This document shows, piece after piece, positions 49,190 to 63,075 of a stretch of DNA of 64,000 bases; position 1 is the first letter of the stretch; every line of letters begins with the position of its first letter. Both the position numbers and the translations under genes were made by a program. The notes below the pieces were generated by a model. That model was not told where the DNA came from. It saw nothing but the letters and a program-made list of their open reading frames with translations, and ran no database searches. Source of the DNA: the human T2T-CHM13v2.0 reference genome, Homo sapiens; assembly GCF_009914755.1 (NCBI RefSeq), contig NC_060947.1. One strand, 5' to 3'.

Positions 49190-52100
49190 CTTCATTCATT
49201 CAGCAGATATTTATTGGATGCCTGCTATGTGCCAAGCACATGTCTAGATGCTCTGGATACATTAGTGAACAGAATAATGTCCTCTCCCTTGCGGAACTTA
49301 CTTTTAATGGGGGACAAAGAAAATATATAAATATACAGGGAAGTATGTATTATATCAGATGTGATAAGTGATATAGAGAAAAATAAGGCAGAGAAGGGAG
49401 ATAATGAATGATGGGGAGGCTGTAATTTTATATTAGGAAGGTCTCACTGATAAGGTGACATTTGAGCAGAGACCTGAAAGAACTGAGGGGGTAAGTCATG
49501 CAGATATCTGAAAGAAGAGCGTTCCAGGTAGGGGGAATAGCCAATGCCAATGCTCCAAGATAGAAGTATGTTTACTCCATTCCAAGGAGACTAGAATGGA
49601 GCAGGTTAAGAGAGAGGAGCAGGAAAGGAAGTCAGAGAGATTTGTGGGAGCACAGGTCACATAGGTCTCTGAAGGGCACAAAAAAAGGACTTTGGATTTT
49701 ACTCTGAGTGACGATGGAAACCACTGGAGAGTTTTGAGTAGAGGAGGAACCAGATAGGACTTGGCTTTAAAATAATCGCTCTGGCTATTCTGTTCACATT
49801 AGACTACAAGAGGACAAGGGAAGAAGCAAGAAGAAAAATTAGGAGGCTATTGCAATAATCCAGGCAGAAAATGAGGGTGGCTGAGACCAGAGTGGTGGGA
49901 GTGAAGATGGTGAGAAGTACTCAGATTCTGTACAGATATTGAAGGTAGAGCCAACAGTATTTGCTAAAAGACTGCATATAAGGAGGATAGATCTAGGCTT
50001 GTGTGGCCTAACATACAATTTGGGGGGTTCTCTCTTAAGAAGAACAATACAAAATTAGGTACAAAAGTGAATATTTCTTTAAACTGAGAAAAGAAATCAC
50101 AATATATTACAAATTTATAAAAGCTTACAAATACTACAAACATCAGAAAATCTAGAAAAATAATTTAATATTAACTTCCTGACACACTCCCTATAACTTT
50201 CTCATATTGTAGGTTGCATACCATTTGTTTCCCTGCCCATATGATGATTTTATAACATTTTCTATAAAAAGAATAGAAAGATAACTTTGTTTTTCCTTTA
50301 ACATGATTAACCAAAATTTGTATTTTATTGATACTTCTATTTTGTTTTAATAAAGTTTTTAATTGCCATTGTAATAATAATAAGACAAGTTTTGACAAGC
50401 TAGTCTTCTTTCTTTCAGTTTACATATTTGGCTTTCTTCCTTCCTATCATATTTAAATTTAGGTTCATCAAAAATCTGAAGAACAATACAAAATTCATCT
50501 GAAAATAAGGCATTTATAAGAACAATTGCAGTGTATTGAAAAATGGACACTGCATTGTATTGAGTTATGTAATTATATAATCAAATCACTTTTAATACTG
50601 CATACATTGAGTTACTGATTAATATGTTTAGGCTTTTTGTGATTGGAACACTTGTTTCTTCAGGTTATTTTCCTGTGTTCGTGACAATTGCATATGCCAT
50701 TTCATCTGAAACTGCCAGTCTTCATCAGAACAAGATGAGTCAGATACACTAAAACATGATCCAATATGTTAAAATGCATAAAACATGCAAATTCATACAT
50801 AGACAAAAATCATGATTTATAATACTGCTACAGGCTTATGCTCTGAAAACAAAGCATTTCTGATAAATTCTATTTCACAAGATTTCCTGGAAAACAGTAT
50901 GGCAGTTCCTCAGAAAATAGAATTACCATGTGATCCAACAATCTTACTTCTGGATATTTATCCAAAAGAATTAAAATTGGGGTCTCAAAGAGATATTACC
51001 TCTCCCATTTTGACTGCAGCATTATTCACAATAGCCAAGATGTGGAAACAACCTAAATGTCCATCAGTAGATGAATGGATAAAAAAAATGTGATATATAC
51101 ATGCAAAGGAATATTAACCAACCTTAAAAAGAAGGAAATCCTGCCATATGTGACAACATGGATGAACCTGTAGGGCATTATGCTAAAGGAAATAAGCCAG
51201 GCAGAGAAGCAAAACTACTGCGTGATTCCACTTATATGTGGTATCTAAAATTACCAAACTTGGCTGGGCATGGTGGCTCATACCTGTAGCACTTTGGGAG
51301 GCTGAGGCAGGAGGATTGCTTCAGCCTAGGAGTTCAAGACCATCATGGGGGACATAGTGAGACCCCATCTCTACAAAAAAAGAAAAAAAAATCTGAGCAT
51401 GGTGGCATACACCTGTAGTCCCAGCTACTCAGGAGGCTGAGGCAGGAGGATCCCTTAAGCCCGGGAGTTCGAGGCTACAGTAAGCTAGGACTGCACCATT
51501 GCACTCTAGCCTGAGTGACAGAGTGAGACCCTGTCTCTAATAAAATAAAATAGTTAAACTCACAGAAGCAGAGTTGAATGGTGGTTGCCAGGGGCTTATG
51601 GGAAAGGGAAGTGGGGAGTTGTTCAACAGGTATGAAGTTTCAGTTCTTCAGGATGAAGATTTTCTAGAGCTCTGCTGCAAAACATTGTCCCTCCAGCTAG
51701 CAATACTGTATTGTTTAGTTTAAAATATATTAAGAGGGTAGATCTTATGTTAAGTGTTATTACCACAATAAAAACCATATGTTATGCTTATAGTTACACA
51801 TGTTGCATTATTGAGTATATTAGTGACAGAAGAAAACTCCCATTCCGACTAGGCGGAACTGACTTCTCCATATATAGTTTTACATGTCCAGTGAATAATT
51901 TTCCACAGACTAGTTTCTGGCTCTGTACATTCCAAATCTATTTCTCCTCAGCTACACATATTCCCAATGCTGGGTGCTATAGGAGGCGGTAGTATTTGAG
52001 ATATGATCTTTGGCCCTGCACCACTAGCCAGCATAGTAAGGTAATTGAGGTGAGAGTATTTCTGGAAGCCACTCCTATGCTGAGATGGTTAACAGTGGTA

Positions 52101-53040
52101 TAGAGGTGACTGCCAGCCATGGAAATATATCTGATCAAATCAAAAATAAATGTAAACCCAATTCAATTTCCCCTCTGCATGATCCCAACAATGTTCACAG
52201 CCACCCCAATGCCAATCCCGCCATGAAGGAAGAGTGATACAGGGGAAGTCAGAGTGAAGAGACAGCTGTCTTAACTGATTGTAATTAAAATATTTTACTT
52301 TTGCAAATTTTACAAAAGCACATGACTGTGTTACCCCACCGTAAGGAGCCTTGTGTCTCGTAAGGGGCTCCTGCAAGTGAGCGGCTCTGATGCTTAAGCT
52401 TCATTAGCTTCACAGTAAATTTGGTACTAGATGTGGAGTGTGTGAGAGAGAGGAGTCAAGGATGATGCCAAGGTTTTTGGTCTGAGCAACTGGGTGAGTG
52501 AAGTTGTCATTTCCTGAGATGTAGAAGACTAACAGAAGATAAGTTATGGGGATGAACATCTGAAGATTCAGTTTGGAACAGGAAAAGTAGTTTAAGATGT
52601 CTATAACACAGCTAAGCCATGTCAAGTAGGCAGTTGGATGTATGAATCTGGAGTTCAGGAGAGAGGACTTGCTGAAGAAGTAAATTAGGCAGACAGCAGC
52701 ACATGGGTTATATTTGAAGCCATGAGATTAGATAGGAGCAAGGAGAGTGAGAGAAAATAGGTGGACCAAGACCAAGCCCTTGGGAAATTCTAATGTTGGA
52801 GAAGTTGGGGAAAAGAAGAGGGATTAATAAAAGAGACAAAGAAAGGAACCAATGTGGTCAAAAGAAACCAGGACAGCGTGAGGTCCTGGAAGCCAACTGA
52901 AAAAGTGTTTCAAAGTCGGAGTGATCAACTATTTCAAGTAATGTTAGGACTGACAGTTGAACATTAGATTTTGCATCAATGGTAATGGAGAAATTGCCCA
53001 GAGGTGGTTGGAGTGAGTCAAAGAGAGTGGACAGAATAAA
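49190..53040 (-). mobile_element. L2a split by an Arthur1-like element
   Basis: TTCATTCATTCAGCAGATATTTATTG tail; resumes at 52430 (GAGGAGTCAAGGATGATGCCAAGGTTTTTGG). Confidence 0.85.
49981..52429 (-). mobile_element. hAT-Tip100 Arthur1-like transposon with nested L1M 3' end (50888-51772) and AluJ (51262-51551)
   Basis: Minus start AATTTACTGTGAAGCTAATGAAGCTTAAGC; terminal ~290 bp homologous to 45389-45660. Confidence 0.7.
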
Positions 53041-54890
53041 CAACCTACAGAATGGGAGAAAATATTTGCAAACTATATATCCAACAAAGGACTAATATCC
53101 AGAATCCACAAGGAACTCAAATCAGCAAGAAAAAGCAAATAATCCCATTAAAAAGTGGGCAAGTGACATAAACAGACACTTCTCAAAAGAAGATACACAA
53201 ATGTCCCACAGGTATATCAAAAAATGTTCAACATCACTAATCATCAGGGAGATGCAAATTAAAACCACAGTGAGATACCATCTTACCCCAGCCAGAATGG
53301 CCATTATTAAAAAGTCAAAAAACAATAGATGTTGGTAAGGATGCAGTGATAAGGGAACACTTTTACACTGCTGGTGGGAATGTGAATTAGTACAACCTCT
53401 ATGGAAAATAGTATGGAGATTTCTCAAAGAACTAAAAGTAGCTCTACCATTCGATCCAGCAATCCCACTACTTGGTATCTACCCAACAAAAAACAAGTCA
53501 TTATATTAAAAAGACACTTGCACACATGTGTTTATCACAGCATTATTCACAATTGCAAAAATGTGGAATCAACCTAAGTGCCCATCAACTGATGAGTGAA
53601 TAAAGAAAATGTTGTCTAGTCACAATAGCAAAGACATGGAATCCACCTAAATGCCCATCAATGATAGACTGGATAAAGAAAATGTGGTACATATACACCA
53701 TGGAATACTATGCGGCCATAAAAATGGAATAAGATCATGTCCTCTGCAGGGACATGGATGGAACTGGAGGCCATTATCCTAACACAGGAAAAGAAAACCA
53801 AATACCACAAATTCTCACTTATAAGTGGGAGCTAAATGATGAGAACACATGGACACATAGAGGGGAATGGCATACACAGGGGCCTATTGGAGGATGAAGG
53901 GTAGGAGGAAGAAGAGGATCAGGAAAAATAACTAATGGGTACTAGGCTTAATATCTGGGTGATGAAATAATTTGCACAATAAACTCCTATAACACAAGTT
54001 TATCTGTGTAACAAATTTGCACATGTACCCCTGAACTTAAAATAATTTTTTTAAAAATAAATAAAATGTGGCATATATACACCATGGAGTACAAACTACT
54101 CAGCCATCAAAAAAGAACAAAATAATGTCTTTTGCAGCAACTTGGATGAAACTGGAGGCCATTATCCTAAGTGAAGTAACTCAGGAATGGGAAACCAAAA
54201 ACCACATGTTCTCCCTTATAAGTGGGAGCTAAGCTATGGGTATGCAAAGGCATACAGGGTGGTATAATGGACACTGGAGACTCAGAAAGGGAGGAGGGTG
54301 GGAGAGGATAAAGGAGGAAAAAAATTACCTATTAGGTACAATGTACACTATTTGGGTGACAGGTACACTGAAAAACCAAACTTCACTGCTATACAATTCA
54401 TCCATACAGCCCAAAACCACTTATACCCCCTGTGTTAGATCATTCTTGCATTGCTATAAAGAAATACCTGAGACTGGGTAATTTATAAAGAAAGGAGGTT
54501 TAATTTGGCTCATGGTTCTGCAGGCTGTACAGGCATGGCACCAACATCTGCTCAGCTCCTGGTGAGGGCTTCAGGGAGCTTCCAATCATAGGAGAAGGTG
54601 AAGAGGAGCCAGCATATCACATGGTGAGAACAAGAGCAAGAGAGAGAGGGTGGAGAGGTGCTAATGTTGGAGACATTTAAACAACCAGATCTTACATAAA
54701 CTCAGAGCGAGAGCTCACTTATCACCTAGAGGATGGCACCAAAGCCATTCATGAGGCATCCACCCCCATGATCCAACACCTCCCACCAGGACCTATCTCC
54801 AACACTGGGGATTATAATTCAAAATGAGATTGGGAAGAGACAAATATCTAAACCATATCAACCCCTAAAACTATTGAAATGAAAGAAAGA
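53041..54890 (+). mobile_element. L1PB/L1MA 3' end with a nested second L1 3' fragment (~53618-54062)
   Basis: CAACCTACAGAATGGGAGAAAATATTTGCAAAC ORF2 end; 3' UTR motifs occur twice. Confidence 0.88.
54431..54860 (-). mobile_element. MSTA-like MaLR LTR
   Basis: TTGCATTGCTATAAAGAAATACCTGAGACTGGGTAATTTATAAAG ... AAACCATATCA. Confidence 0.9.
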
Positions 54891-55049
54891 TAGAAATAAT
54901 CTAAAGTTAGGTTGTAATTATGGTTGCATAGCTCTATAAATATACTAAAAAGCTTGGAATCATATAGTAAAAACATGAGATAATTATTTTATATAAAATA
55001 TACCCCAGGTAAAGCCTTTTTAGAAATAAATGTCAAAAAATACCAGAGA

Positions 55050-55780
55050 CAGTGATCATACTTTGTGGCTTGGAACTTGCTTTTCTCAGTAATAGTTCTT
55101 GGGATTTTTTTCCTATCAGTGCATATAGATCTACTTCATTAATTTTAAAAATTGTTTAGTGTAAGCGGTACCATAATTATTTACCCAATTCCCTTTGATG
55201 GACATTTTGGTAGTTATCTCCTTGGCAATCATAAATAATGCTGCAATTAATATCTTTGAACATATTTTTATGCATGTGCAAAATACAGATCTCTGATCTC
55301 TGGAATTGCTAAATAACAAGTATGCACATTTTGAGTTTTGACACATTACCAAATTGCACTCAATTGACTTTTCTCATCAGTAATATTTCAGAATGCCCTT
55401 TTGACACACCATTTTAAGCACTAGATACTAATAATCTTTTAATCTTTGCCACCCCGGTAGGTTTGTAAAAATAGCAATATGATTTTAATTTGCATGACTT
55501 TGATCACCAGTGAAGCAGAACACATTTTAATCTTTATTTCCATTTATATTTCTTACTTTGTATCACAACTGGGTCCTTTCCAATTTTTTCTATTTAAGCT
55601 TGTATCTTTTTATGTTAATCAATTAGTTAGAATCATCTCATATAGGCTGCAAATATTTTTTTCTAAATATATTGTTTGAATTTCAACATTATTTATGGTA
55701 TTTTAATAGAGTTTTAAAATGTGGTCTATGCTTTCATTCTTTTCTTTTAATGGTTTCTGCCTCCAGCATCACATCTGATT
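55050..55780 (-). mobile_element. L1ME fragment
   Basis: Minus ORF KILIAALFMIAK; antisense 3' UTR motifs. Confidence 0.7.
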
Positions 55781-56949
55781 GTTTTTTTTTTTAACAAAAG
55801 CCAGAGAAATAGGTTTTCAGATTATTAACCCAAAGCTTAAAGAGAGCACGTTCCCTTTTCATAGCTAATCAGGTATCTGCAATGGAAACAAAATTTCCCC
55901 TCCCCATTCCCAACTTTAATCAAAATGTTTTTCTCCTTATGTTACTGACAAAAAAAAAAGCCACTGCCTAATTGAGACTTCTGTGTATTCAATTAATGCT
56001 TCTGTGCATTTGGCCTGACAACGTCCAGGGGCTAATGGGACCATGTGCTATCTTTAACAAAGATGAGAGTACAAACATGAGTAAGACAGCCTATTATGGG
56101 CTTTCTGGGGCCTTTTAAAAATATTACATTTTCAGCATGTGAATTACACCAAATGGTGGCAACACAGGTTTCTGGGGTTTAATGCATTTCAGTTCATTCC
56201 ATTTATAAAGCAAAATTGAAATAAAGTAATTCTATTCCAAAATATGTTTTAATCGTGAGTTTTTGAAAGCTCTTTAGGTAAGATGTTTTTGCCTTGCATG
56301 ATTTAGAAAATTAACTGGGTTTCCACAGTATTTGAATACTGCAAGTTGAACTTACTTTCAATCTAAAAGCAGGCAGAAGAGAATTTTGATGTAAACTGAA
56401 TTATTCGAGTAATTTTCTTAATGATTAAGAAGTCAACTCAAAAAAACAAATGCTAGCCACTGCCTATAGAATAAAGAGTTATCAATCCTTGTTTTTCCAA
56501 AGTAGTCCATATGTTTTAGAGGTAAATTTTGAAGTAAATTTGAAGTAAATGTCCAAAGTAAGAAAAATAAAATCGAACATTCAGACTTCAATTACTGCAA
56601 AAAAGATTTACAAAAATCTTTCAGATCACAAGAAATTGTTAAAACAACAGAACCCAAAAACAGAGGAGAAAGGAAAAAGTATGGGTTGTGAGGTTAATTC
56701 CAGCAGGTCTAGAATTAGCCCTAGTTGTTTTATTGAAGTTCTGGCATGACACTGACCTCCTATCAAGACACAAAACATACTGGTTAATGGTGTTGTTTTG
56801 TAGCCATGAGTCTTCAGATTCATGGTGGTTTGTCCGAGCTTGTCGACATTATGTATTGGTAACAGTGAGACTGATTATTTGTACCTGGTCTCAGTGTGAC
56901 ACCTGTCCCTCCCTCAAAGGGCTCTACTGTTAAGGCTAAAATATGCCTG

Positions 56950-57220
56950 TGTGACTGTCAAAAAATTGTTTAAAACCCATCTGAGAGTCCATTTTGGACT
57001 CCCTGGTTCTGAGGTGTTCTGTGCACATGTCAGTGGTTCCTGGTCCAAGTGATAAAGTGCATCCTGCTGTCACGGCTCTTAGAGAGGAGGACAATAGGAT
57101 CCTGTACCTGACCACTCCAGACCCCTGGCTGTATCCTTTTCCTGTAGTAAACTATATACTTGAGAGTAATGCCATTTGAGTCCTCTAAGTCTCCTTTAGC
57201 AATGGAACCCTGTTCACTTG
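56950..57220 (+). mobile_element. MER21-like LTR fragment
   Basis: GGCTGTATCCTTTTCCTGTAGTAAACTAT..GAGTCCTCTAAGTCTCCTTTAGCAA. Confidence 0.5.
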
Positions 57221-57330
57221 CCATAGTTAATGCAGCATGAAAAAGTCATCCAGGAGAGTGGAAGAGATTATTAGTGGGCATACACATTGTTCAAAAATAG
57301 TGCTGAAAAAAATGGTGCTGGGACAAATAG

Positions 57331-57880
57331 TGTAGTAGATGTGTCTGCCCAGGTAACAGTGATTCTTCCCAGAGAACTTCTATCTTCTATCTTCTCCTTT
57401 CCAATTCATAAGGTTTCAGGAGTGGGTCCACAACAGCCATGTACACATTAAGTGACCCATGTTCCCTAGCCAAAGCTAGTTGGATCAGAGGTGAACCCCT
57501 GACCCAAGCTAGACTGATCAGAGTCTCTTCCAGTCTGAAGGGTTGGCATCTTTAAGTGAGGAAACCTAAAAGCTCACGTGTTGAGCTTTGGTATACACAG
57601 CTTCCACCAACAGGACCAAGTAGCCGAGAAAGCCCAGCCACAGAGATGAATGAAGCCAAGGCTCAGAGGGCAGCAGAGCTGAGGAATGGCAACAAGCTAC
57701 TCTTTGCATTCCTGACACCATTTCCTTCTCTGATTCCAGCCGTTTGGGAGATTAAGCTCCATCCAAGATCTGGGTTCCAGAGAAATACTCCATATTCTTA
57801 TAATAAATTCCTTTTTTTTCCCCCATCAAGCTAGCTTGAGTTAGCACCTTTACTAGCACCTAAATATCCTTAACTCACTA
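57331..57880 (+). mobile_element. Old ERVL LTR (LTR16/LTR33-like)
   Basis: TGTAGTAGAT start, CCTGACCCAAGCTAGACTGATCAGAGTCTCTT, AATAAATTCC near the end. Confidence 0.55.
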
Positions 57881-58005
57881 GCCATGTAGAAACATATAGA
57901 GCTAGATCCCTACCTCACTGCCTGCCCAAAAATACATTCCAGATGGAATTAAGATTTCAATTTCAAAATAAAACAATATAGGGAGTAAAATCAAATGTAG
58001 GAGAA

Positions 58006-58006
58006 T

Positions 58007-58037
<31 letters not shown>

Positions 58038-58155
58038 TTTGAGACCGGGTTATGTGTTGCCTAGGCTGATCTCGAACTCCTGGCCTCAAGCGAGCCACTC
58101 ACCTCAGCCTCCCAAAGTGTTGGGGTTACAGTTGTGAGCCACTGTGCCCCAGCCA
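58006..58155 (-). mobile_element. FLAM/Alu monomer with (TTTA)n tail
   Basis: Single antisense monomer. Confidence 0.85.
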
Positions 58156-58366
58156 GGAGAATATTTTTATAATCTTGGAATCTACAATCAAAAATAAAAA
58201 AGATTTAATCATTTGCCTGTATGACATTTGAATACTTATAAACAGCCAAAACACAGCATAAACAAAGCCAAGAAGCATAAAAATAGGGAAAGTATTTGTA
58301 ACAAATATACAAAGCAAATGACTAGTATTGGTAATACACAAAGGACTGTTATAAATTAATAAGATT

Positions 58367-58672
<306 letters not shown>

Positions 58673-59462
58673 TTAATAAGATTAAAAAGGCAGGCAAATC
58701 GACAAAGGATGAAAATTGAGAAATCATAGAAGGCAAGTTACAAATTACCAGCAAACATATTATATGAAAAGATGTTCAACCTGACACTTATTTAAGAAAT
58801 AGAAATGAAAACTACAGATTGGCAGATATTAAAAAGATTAATAGCCCTAGTGATGACAAGGTTTTAGAAAAACATATACTGTCTTTTAACTATTGTTAAA
58901 AACTTTTTGGAGTGTGATTTGGCAATATCAATTAAAATTTTAAATACACAATAACTTTTGACATCAGTAATTCCACTGCTGGGAATTTATCCTACAGAAA
59001 ATCACATAATGTGCATGACACTATATAATAAGGTTGTTTATTATAAAATGGTTTATAATAAATTTGGACATACACAAATGTCTATCACAAGGCATTGCAT
59101 TTTTTAAAAATCTAGCATAACCACAGAGGGTAATAAACTGCAGCAGTTTAAAAATATTGAGGCAGCATTGTGTGTACTGACATGGAAAGCTACTTGGGAA
59201 ATATTTTAAGAAAAAAGCAAGTTGCAGATCACAGGAATAGCATGATCTTATTTTTGAAGACGTGAGGGAGACCATGACCTGATAACAGTGGTTACTTGTG
59301 GGCAACAGGAAACCGGGAGGCAGGGAGGGGGGCACAGAAAGCTGATAATTTTTAATGTATACAGTTCTAAGTGTTCTAAAGCTTCTACAACAGACATTTA
59401 TTAATTTTGTAATGATTTTAAAATAAAATATTTTTAGAAACTTCAGACAAAAATGGAAAGAT

Positions 59463-59770
59463 AGCTGGGTGCGGTGGCTCATGCCTGTAATCTCAACACT
59501 TTGGGAGGCCGAGGCAGGTGGATCGCCTGAGGTCAAGAGTTCGAGACCAGCCTGGCCAATGCGGTGAAACCCCATCTCCACTAAAAATACAAAAATTAGC
59601 CGGGCATGGTGGCGCACGCCTGTAATCCCAGCTACTCGGGAGGCTGAGGCAGGAGAATTGCTTGAACCCGGGAGGCAGGTGGAGGTTGCAGTGAGCCGAG
59701 ATTGTACCATTGCACTCCAGCCCGGGTGACAAAAGCAAGAATCTGTCTCAACAACAACAACAACAAAATA
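59463..59770 (+). mobile_element. AluS
   Basis: Dimer with (CAA)n tail. Confidence 0.95.
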
Positions 59771-60491
59771 ATACAATTTAATTTAAAAATAAATAAATGA
59801 ATAATAAGACTCAACATCAAAATAGGTCAATTCTCTTTCATTTAAATTACAAATCTAACATGATCCCAGTAAAACTGCCTATTCTGGGGACTAGAGAAGC
59901 TTGTTTGATGTTCATATGGAAAATAAGAAAGAATAACCAGAAAAATGCTGAAAAGGAAGAATAATGGGGCAGGAGGAACTTGTCTTATTAAAGTATATAC
60001 AATAAATACGGATAGCAAGGATGTTTATTAACCAGTGTTTATATTAGAGACCAACTGTAGACCACTAAAATACCTACCAATATAAGACTAGTTAAATAAA
60101 ATATGATATGTCCATGTTGTGCAATATTATGCAATTATTGACAATAATGTAGATGTATTGATGTGGAAAGATGCTCATGACATATTGCTAAATACAATAA
60201 AGCAAGTTGCAAAACAATAAATACAATGTAATCCTATTTATGGAAGAAAGGCACATGTATATATGAGCACACATACATTACATGTATGTAAATACATGAA
60301 AAGTAGACAGAAATTATGCCCACTGAACTGGTAACAGTGGTTACCTTCAAGGAGAGGACTGGGATTCAGGGTATGGGTGGTGGGAGGGAGAGTAGTAAGG
60401 ATTTTGTTCTGTATGCTTCTATAATGTTTGAATCTTTTATGATGAGAATGATTCCTGTATCACCTGTATACTTTTTAAAAGACAAAAAATG

Positions 60492-60869
<378 letters not shown>

Positions 60870-62569
60870 TCATTCATTCAACAAATATTTCCTGCTGAGT
60901 TCTAGGTACTTGGTACTCACTAGCGATTAACAGACAATGCTCTGATCCAGGGCAGCTCATCCAGCTGGGTGATTGCTGAAGCCAGCTGTCAGATGAGGTG
61001 ACTGGAACACAGGTGCAGTTGATGTGGCTCTTTAGAAGCCACATAGATCAATTATGTATGGTTAATGGCTACTAATAAAATAAGAAGTTAATGCCTGTCG
61101 CAGTAATGTCCAAAAGTGACAGACAATGCGACAGAGGCAAAAAATCTAATGATTTTTTAATCCAATGATGCAAAAAGAGAAAAGCAAGCAGCAGTGGAAA
61201 AATCCAACATGTCTCTTGTAAGACTTTTACCTAAAGCCTTTCTCGATCTCTGAACCAGCCACGGAATCAACTCTGCCCTCACTTGTACTTTCTTCGTGTG
61301 CCAAAGTGGAAACCTACCCATGGAAATTTGCATTTTCCTTCTTGGACCATGGCAGACTCAGGGAGTGGAGGGTGGCAGGGCATTGCCAGGGCAGCTAGTG
61401 GGGACCTCAGGAACCATAGATTTGTGGCTAAATACCTGAACCCTCCCATCCTGGGGAGGACTGGGATTTATGTGGTCAGAGCCAGAGTGTGAAGCTTCTG
61501 CCAGAGGCAGCACAGTCTGCCAAGGACCTGAAGGTCAGGTCAAGCCAAAGCCCTCAGGAGAAAGCTGGGGTTTGATCACCAGGATGACCTGGTGCAGGCC
61601 TAAATCCAAAGAGTCCAAGACAAGGCTCAGACTGAGCAAAGAATCCAACACTGCTTGCCTGGCCACATCTCCCTGAGCTACTGATTTCCCTCCTCATGTT
61701 CCCCTTTCTGTCCTCTGAATTCAAGTCCTGGCACTGGCTTTCCTGCTACAGCCTTGGCCCTTCTCCACATAAGTATCTGGCTTTCTGCCTCAGGCTGCCT
61801 GAGGAAAAGCCCTGAGACAACCTAGCCCCTGGGACCCTGCTACCCAGGAGTCAAGCCCATGGCCTGCACTCCCGGCCCATTTGTCCTGTTCCCTTCGGTG
61901 GCAGAGAGACCAGCACCCTACTCATGGGCATTAGAATCTCACTATCAGACCCCTGGCAAGGCCCTGTCTGGGCAGCTCTCCCGTTTCAATATTGCTCTCT
62001 GGTTGCAACACTTTGCAGGCATCTTTCTCAGTGTAAATCCACAAATTGGTATTCTGGATTCGCAATCAACCAGTTACAAATTTAGGTAGGGCAATCCCAT
62101 CCCTAGACCTGAACACTTTTGGGAGAGCTGACAAAGTTTCTGAATCCTCAAATTTGCAAAACAGACCCTCCACCCCTGGGAGGACCCGCTCAAACAGCCA
62201 ACTGGTTTCTTTCTTTACTACCTCATCACTGAAACAGGCAGAGTCCAAGAGACGATTCTGAAATATAGAACCCTGTCTAGGAAGGCAGGCTTAAGGAGGG
62301 CCTCCAGGAAGGGACTGTGAGCAAAGCATAAAGTGTATGCAGGTGTATGGTGGTGGGGGGGGCAATGGCAAGAAGGAGGAATAGGAATAAGAGCGTAGTT
62401 AAGAACGTGGGTGGGAGAGGGTGGGTGCTGAGAATTACTTAATAGATACAATGCACATTATTTGGGTCATGGATACACTAAAAGCCTGGATTTCAGACTG
62501 TGCAATACATCCACAGAACAAAATTGCATTTGCACGTTTTAGATTTATACAATAATTTTTAAGACAAAT

Positions 62570-63064
62570 GTAGGCTCTGCCTGTGTTTGCATCTCAGTCC
62601 AGTTTCCTCATTTGTTAAACAGAATCATAATATCTGAAGTCCAGTTTCCTCATTTGTAAAATGGGATCATAATAGTATTTACCACTATATTATGAGAATT
62701 AAATGAGATAGTACCACGGAAGACTTAGCACAATGTCCAGCACATAAGAAGCACTCAGTATATGCCACCTGTTCCTAGAGGAGAGAGTGAGGCCAAGGAG
62801 GTTCCAACGGGAAGAAAGGAGAAATAAATGCAGGGAGATGAGAAAGACTCAGATAAGCTGCCTAATTTCCACTTTTTTCCGAGGGCCAGCTTTGACTATT
62901 TTAGGTGTTTTACCAGAAATGTATTTGCATCATTTGTAAATTTCCCTGTCACTACCAATTTCCACTTCCAGCTCTGTCCTTTTTTATCTGTGTGTGACCA
63001 TGGGTAAATCTCCTAATCACTCCATACCTCAGTTTCTCCAAAAATACAAGTAAGTGGTTATTGT
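62570..63064 (+). mobile_element. MIR fragments
   Basis: CAGTTTCCTCATTTGTAAAATGGG core; a second MIR directly precedes the SVA. Confidence 0.8.
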
Positions 63065-63075
63065 AGAAAACTGTT

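Noticed and set aside
59021-59776. Longest ORF (251 aa, minus strand)
   Set aside because: It is antisense Alu translation ([18 protein letters not shown]) running into L1ME sequence, not a gene.
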